Positions 48,822-54,320 of a stretch of DNA of 54,320 bases are shown here, piece after piece. The notes beneath the pieces are model-generated. The model was not told the DNA's origin and did not search any database. It worked only from the letters and a program-made list of their open reading frames with translations. The stretch is taken from assembly GCF_004010195.1 (NCBI RefSeq), contig NC_057720.1:10842595-10896914 (forward strand), written 5' to 3'. The stretch comes from Chiloscyllium plagiosum (lineage: Eukaryota). The first letter of the stretch is position 1. Each line of letters begins with the position of its first letter. The translations under genes and the position numbers were made by a program.

Positions 48822-49058
48822 CTGTTCCTTGATCTAAGTCATCGCCTGGAGCTGTCCATTTCAGTTGTATTGCGTCTCCAACAATTGCTGCCCGAAGATC
48901 ATTAATTTTACTTGGGGGAAACACGTCAGAGGGAGGTCCGGGAGGAACCTGACTAACAACACATGCTCCCGCTGTTTTCACTCTATTGAAGCTTCCCAAT
49001 TGTATCTGAGAATCGTTACGGTCCACTGGAGGCTTTGGTGGGTTGGGGTGAATTTGAC
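48822..49058 (-). CDS. CLCA: CLCA gene C coding exon 13
   Basis: (G)QIHPNPPKPP...SDVFPPSKINDLRA...LKWTAPGDDLDQGT; AG/GT flanks; 237 bp. Confidence 0.95.
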
Positions 49059-49532
49059 CTGCGAGAAAAGTGAAGAAAGACACATTTCAGAAAGGGGCAA
49101 AATATTTGGAAGTTGATTTTTAACATTTATCCTTCAGATGCGATTGTTGGCGCAAAGCCATTACTATTTGCCCATTCCTAATTGCCCCAGAGAAAGGGAT
49201 GGCCAGCTGCCTTTTAGAACTGCCCAATCCATGTAATGTAGTTACACCCACAGAACTGTTAAGGAGGGGTTGGTATCAATGTCAATGGGCCTTTGATGTG
49301 AACACTGACAATTTCAGTGTCATTACCAGAGCAAAATCTCAGCCAATCAGCCTGTCTGCAAGTTTAGAATAATCTCCTGCAGCAGATTCATATCCTTGAA
49401 GGGTCAGATCAAATGAATCCAAGGATCATCCCCAGCTCAACTTATCTTGTGGAAATAATTGTAATAGATGCAAATAATTCAATTGCTTTATGTAGTTGCA
49501 GGATGTGATTAAATAGTGCATTTATTGCACTT

Positions 49533-52500
49533 TGACGTCAGAGTGCATCGAGGAAACCTTAACAAACAGCAAAATTCACAACTGATCTTGGAGGAACCTG
49601 TATGGGAGATTTCACAGCACATGAACAGGTGAGTGCATAGCTTTTAATTGTAGCCTTACTGTACATCTACATTAGTCAGTATTGAGATCCGTCTCTTGGT
49701 TAAGTTTTAAAAACATAAGCCATAAGTATTAAGTTAGCCTAGAGTAGTGTTTTTTTTTCTGTAGTAATAAGACGGTGCTATTTTCTCGGTCTGTAGATTG
49801 TGAAGGAACAAAGGTGGCCGTTAGTAGAGTGATATGCTCTTCCTATTTAGTCAGAGTTTCCATGTTAGTGGTGATTATGTCTGCAGGAAATGTCTTTGGT
49901 TGTCAATTGTATCAGATTGAATGGATTGGTTGGAGCGACAGTTAGAGGCAATGAGGAATTTACAAGATCTAAGGGGGTGCGATGGTTGGGGGTTATAGGA
50001 AGGGAGAAAAGCTGCAGATACAGTCAGGTGGAGGATTGACTCCAGGAAATGTAGGAGGGATAAGTAAGCAGATAGTGCAGGAGTCTTCTGTGACTAACCC
50101 CATCTCAAACAAGTATGGTGTTTTGGAAAATGTCAGGAGTGATAGACTCTCGGGGGAGTGTACCATGAACAGCTAAGTTTCTGATATTGAGACAGGCAGT
50201 AATGTAATGAGGGGTACATCGGGTACTAAGTGATCGATTGTGTTAGGGGACTCTCTAGTCAGAGATGCAGACAGACACTTCTGTGGCCAACAGATTTAAA
50301 AAATCAGAATGGTGTGTTGCTTCCCTGGTACCAGGATCAAGGATGTCTCAGAAAGGATGCACAATGTTCTCAAAGGGCAGAGGGACCAGCAGGAGGTCAT
50401 TACACACATGGGAACCAACGACATATGAAGGGAAAAGGACAATATTCTGAAGGGAGAATATAGAAAGTTAGGCAAGAATTTAAAAAGGAGGTCCTTGAAA
50501 TTAGTAATATCTGGATTATTCCCGGTACTATGGGATAGTGAGGGCAGGAATAGGAGGATAGAGCAGATGAATGCATGGCTGAGGAGTTGGTGCAAGAGAG
50601 AAGGATTCACATTTTTGGATCATTGGAAACTCTTCTGGAGTAGGAGTGATTTGTTCAAGAAGGATGGATTGCACATGAATTGGAAGGGGACGACTATACT
50701 GGCAAGAAGATTTGCTGGAACTGCTCAGAGGATTTAAACGAGTAAGATGCAGGGGGGAGGGGTGGTAGGACTGAGGGAGATAAAAAAGGGATTAACCTGA
50801 GACTGGTACAGTTGGGAAAAGGAGTGAGTAAAACAGACAGGGCAGGAAGGAACAAAGCAGACAACAAGGTAACACTGCTAAATTAAACTGCATTTATTTC
50901 AATACATCCAGGGAAGTTATTTGGGTGGAACTGAGAAATAAGAAAGGGATGATCACCTTATTGGGATTGTATTATAGACCCCCTAATAGTCAGAGGGAAA
51001 TTGAGAAACAAACATGTAAGCAGATCTCAGCTATTCTGTAAGAATAATAGGGTAGGGGATTTTAACTTTCCAAACATAGACTGGGATTGCCATAGTGTTA
51101 AGGGTTTAGATGGAGAGGAATTTGTTAAGTGAGTACAAGAACATTTTCTGATTCAGTATGTGGATGTACCTACTAGAGAAGGTGCAAAACTTGACCTACT
51201 CTTGGGAAATAAGGCAGGGGAGGTGACTGAGGTGTCAGTGGCGGAGCACTTTGGAGCCAGCGATCATAATTCTATTAGTTATGGAAAAGGATAGACCAGA
51301 TCTAAAAGATGAAGTTCTAACTTGGAGGAAGGCTAATTTTGACAGTATTAGGCAAGAACTTTGAAAAGCTGATTGGAAGCAGAGGTTCGCAGGTAAAGGG
51401 ACAGCTGGAAAATGGGAAGCCTTCAGAAATGAGATAATGAGAGCCCAGAGACAGTATATTCCTGTCAGGATGAAAGGAAAGACGGGTCGGTGTAGTGTGT
51501 ATTACAGAGGAGGAGGTGATGGACAACTAGAGAAATTGAGGATTTGGTTCAGATGAAGAAGAAAGCCTTTGACAAGTATGGACAGGAGAGATCGAGTGAA
51601 TCCTTAGACAAGTGTAAAGGCAGTAGAAAAACACTTAAGAGGGAAATCAGGAGGGCAAAAAGGGAACAAATAGCGTAAAGGAAAATCCAAAGGTTTTTAT
51701 GATTACATTCAGGACAAAAGGGTAACTAAGGAGAGAAGGTTTAATGTGGAGAAGTGTGAGGTGATTCACTTTGGAAAGAGCAACAGGAATACAGAGTACT
51801 GGGCTAATAGTTAGATTCTTGGTAGTGTAGATGAGCAGAGAGATCTCGGTGTTCATGTGCATAGATCCCTGAAAGTTGCCACCCACGTTGATAGTGTTGT
51901 TAAGAAGGCATATGGTGTCTTGGCTTTTATTAGTAGAGGGACTGAGTTTCAGAGCCATGAGATCATGTTATAGCTGTACAAAACTCTGTTGTGGTCACAT
52001 TTGGAGTATTGGGTACAGTTCTGGTCACCGCATTATAGGAAGGATGTGGAAGCTTTGGAAAGGTTTCAGAGGAGATTTACTAGGATTTTGCCTGTTATGG
52101 AGGGAAGGTCTTATGAGGAAAGGCTGAGGGATTTGGGGCTGTTTTTGTTAGAGAGAAGAAGGTTGAGAGGTGACTTAATTGAGACATATTAGATCATCAG
52201 AGGATTAGATAGGGTGGACGTGGGAGCCTTTTTCCTCAGATGATGGTGACCAGCACGAGGGGCCATAGTTTAAATTGAGGGGTGATAGGTATAGGACAGA
52301 TGTCAGAGGTAGTTTCTTTACTCAGAGAGTAGTAGGGGCGTGGAACGCACTGCCTGTAACAGAAGTAGACTCACCAACTTTAAGGACATTTAAATGGTCA
52401 TTGGATAAAGATATGGATAAAAATGGAATAGTTTAGAATGGATGGGCTTCAGGTTGGTTTCACAGGTCGGTGCAACGTCGAGGGCCTGTAATGCGCTGTA

Positions 52501-53750
52501 AAAAAAAGATCGGGGCAGCCAAAGTGTGGAGCTGCAGGAGCAGCGGGAGATACTAAATGAATATTTTGCATCAACCTTTACTGTGGAGAAGGACATGGGA
52601 GGTATAGAATGTGGGGAAATAGATGGTGACATCTTGAAAAATGTCCACATTACGGAGGAGGAGATGCTGGATGTCTTGAAATGCATAAAAGTGGATAAAA
52701 CCCTTGGATCTGATTAGGTGGGCCCTAGAACTCTATGGCAAACGAGGGAGGTGGTTGCTGGGCCCCTTGCTGAGATATTTGTATCATTGATAGTCACAGT
52801 TGAGGTGCCAGAAGAATGGAGATTGGCAAATGTGGTACTATTATTTAAAGAAATATGGTAAGGAAAGTAAGGGAACTATAGACTGGTGAGCCTGGCATTG
52901 GTGGTGGGCAAGTTGTTGGAGGGAATCCTGAGGGACAGGATGTACATGTATTTGTAAAGGCAAGGACTGATTATGGATAGTCAGCATGGCTTTGTGCGTG
53001 GGAAATCATGTCTCACAAACTTGATTGAATTTTTAAAAAAAGTGACGAAGGTGATTGATGAGGGCAGAGCGGTGGACATGATCTACATGGACTTAAGTAA
53101 GGCATTCAACATGGTTCCCTGTGGGGGACTGGTTAGCAAGGATAGATCTCACGGAAGAGAGGGAGAACTAACTATTTGGATATAGAACAGGCTCAAAGGT
53201 AGAATACAAAAAATGGTTGTGGAGGGTTGCTTTTCAGACTGGAAGACTGTGACCAAGGATTGGTGTTGGGTCCACTACTTTTCATTACTTATATAAATGA
53301 TTTGGATGTGAACATTGGAGGTATAGTTAATAAGTTTGCAGATGACACCAAAATTGGAGGTATAGTGGACAGTGAAAAGGTGACCTCAGAGTACAACAGG
53401 ATTTTGATCAGATGGGCCAATGGGTTGAAGAGTGGAAGATGGAGTTCAGTTTAGATAAATGTGAGGTTCTGCATTTTAGAAAAGCAAATCTTAGCAGGAC
53501 TTATAAACGTAATGGTAAGGTCCAAGGGAGTGTTGCTGAACAAAGAGACCTTGGAGTGCAGGTCATAGTTGCTTGAAAGTCGAGTCACAGGTAGATATGA
53601 TAGTGAAGAAGGCATTTGGTATGCTTTCCTTTATTGACCAGAGTATTGAGTGTAGGAGTTAGAAGGTGATGTTGCGGTGGTCCAGGAAGTTGCTTCGGCG
53701 ACTTCTGGAATATTGCGTCCAATTCTGGTCTCCTGCCAATTGGATGGATG
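49533..53750 (+). mobile_element. Near full-length decayed CR1-type LINE: 5' UTR, ORF1 with SGNH/GDSL esterase (~49810-50737), ORF2 with partly deleted APE endonuclease and RT
   Basis: ORF1 remnants VCRKC, SNKYGVL, GDSLV, GTNDI and DGLHMNWKG; ORF2 remnants YYRPP, GDFNFP, SDHN, QHGFV and FADDTK; similarity to the paralogous intron stops abruptly at 49530. Confidence 0.88.
51737..52500 (+). mobile_element. Second CR1-family 3' fragment nested in the long LINE
   Basis: Starts at FNVEKCEVIHFG, runs to its own 3' tail, then the host ORF2 resumes (EILNEYFASTFT). Confidence 0.8.
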
Positions 53751-54320
53751 TTAGAGTCATACAGTCATAGAGATGTACAGCACGGAAACAGACCCTTCGG
53801 TCCAACCCGTCCATGCAGACCAGATATCCCAACCCAATCTAGTCCCACCTGCTAGCACCCGGCCTATATCCCTTCAAACTCTTCCTATTCATATACCCAT
53901 CCAAATGCCTCTTAAAAGTTGCAATTGTACCAGCCTCCACCACATCCTCTGGCAGCTCATTCCATACGTGTACCACCCTCTGCGTGAAAAAGTTGCCCCT
54001 AAGGTCTCTTTTATATCTTTCCTCTCTCAGCCTAAACCTACGCTCTCTAGTTCTGGACTCCCTGACCCCAGGGAAAAGACTTTGTCTATTTATCCTATCC
54101 ATGCCCCTCATAATTTTGTAAACCTCTATAAAGTCACCCCTCAGCCTCTAACGCTCCAGGGAAAACAGCCCCAGCCTGTTCAGTCTCTCCCTTCAGCTCA
54201 GATCCTCCAACCCTGGCAACATCCTTGTAAATCTTTTCTGAACCCTTTCAAGTTTCACAACATCTTTCCGATAGGAAGGAGACCAGAATTGCACGCAATA
54301 TTCCAACAGTGGCCTAACCA
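53751..54320 (-). mobile_element. Antisense CR1-type LINE 3' end inserted in the long LINE
   Basis: ORF 53839-54111: GNFFTQRVVHVWNELPEDVVEAG; tail at 53751-53770. Confidence 0.88.

Overview
Vertebrate genomic DNA, most likely a shark (inferred from abundant HE1-type V-SINEs and their partner CR1-type LINEs), with a 500-N scaffold gap at 34788-35287. It is not prokaryotic, and most ORF-track entries are retroelement debris. The window holds a head-to-tail tandem array of CLCA genes (calcium-activated chloride channel regulator: zinc metalloprotease, VWA, beta-sheet-rich and FN3 domains), all on the minus strand. Gene A contributes coding exons 1-4 (9386->4210) and continues off the left edge. 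Gene B contributes exon 1 (35681), then the gap, then exons 7-14 (31563->20531). Gene C contributes its last two exons (49058->46659). Exon numbers follow the canonical 14-exon CLCA layout. About 14.8 kb (8995-23842) is paralogous to 35290-49530, and each copy carries an orphan B30.2/PRY-SPRY exon between CLCA genes. Gene B is unusual: a MIDAS Asp is lost (LLTAGGD), one intron has a GC donor, exons 9-11 are tandemly duplicated, and 40 aa of the membrane-proximal stalk present in gene C are missing. Introns and intergenic DNA contain CR1 LINEs (one near full length, with an esterase ORF1), a Rex1/Babar fragment, SINEs, a Penelope-like element (RT plus GIY-YIG) and many short, often palindromic Penelope-derived insertions carrying minimal hammerhead-ribozyme motifs. 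All coordinates were read by eye; exon boundaries were checked for splice dinucleotides and phase, while repeat boundaries are approximate. I found no clearly new biological system; the best leads are hypotheses listed under findings.
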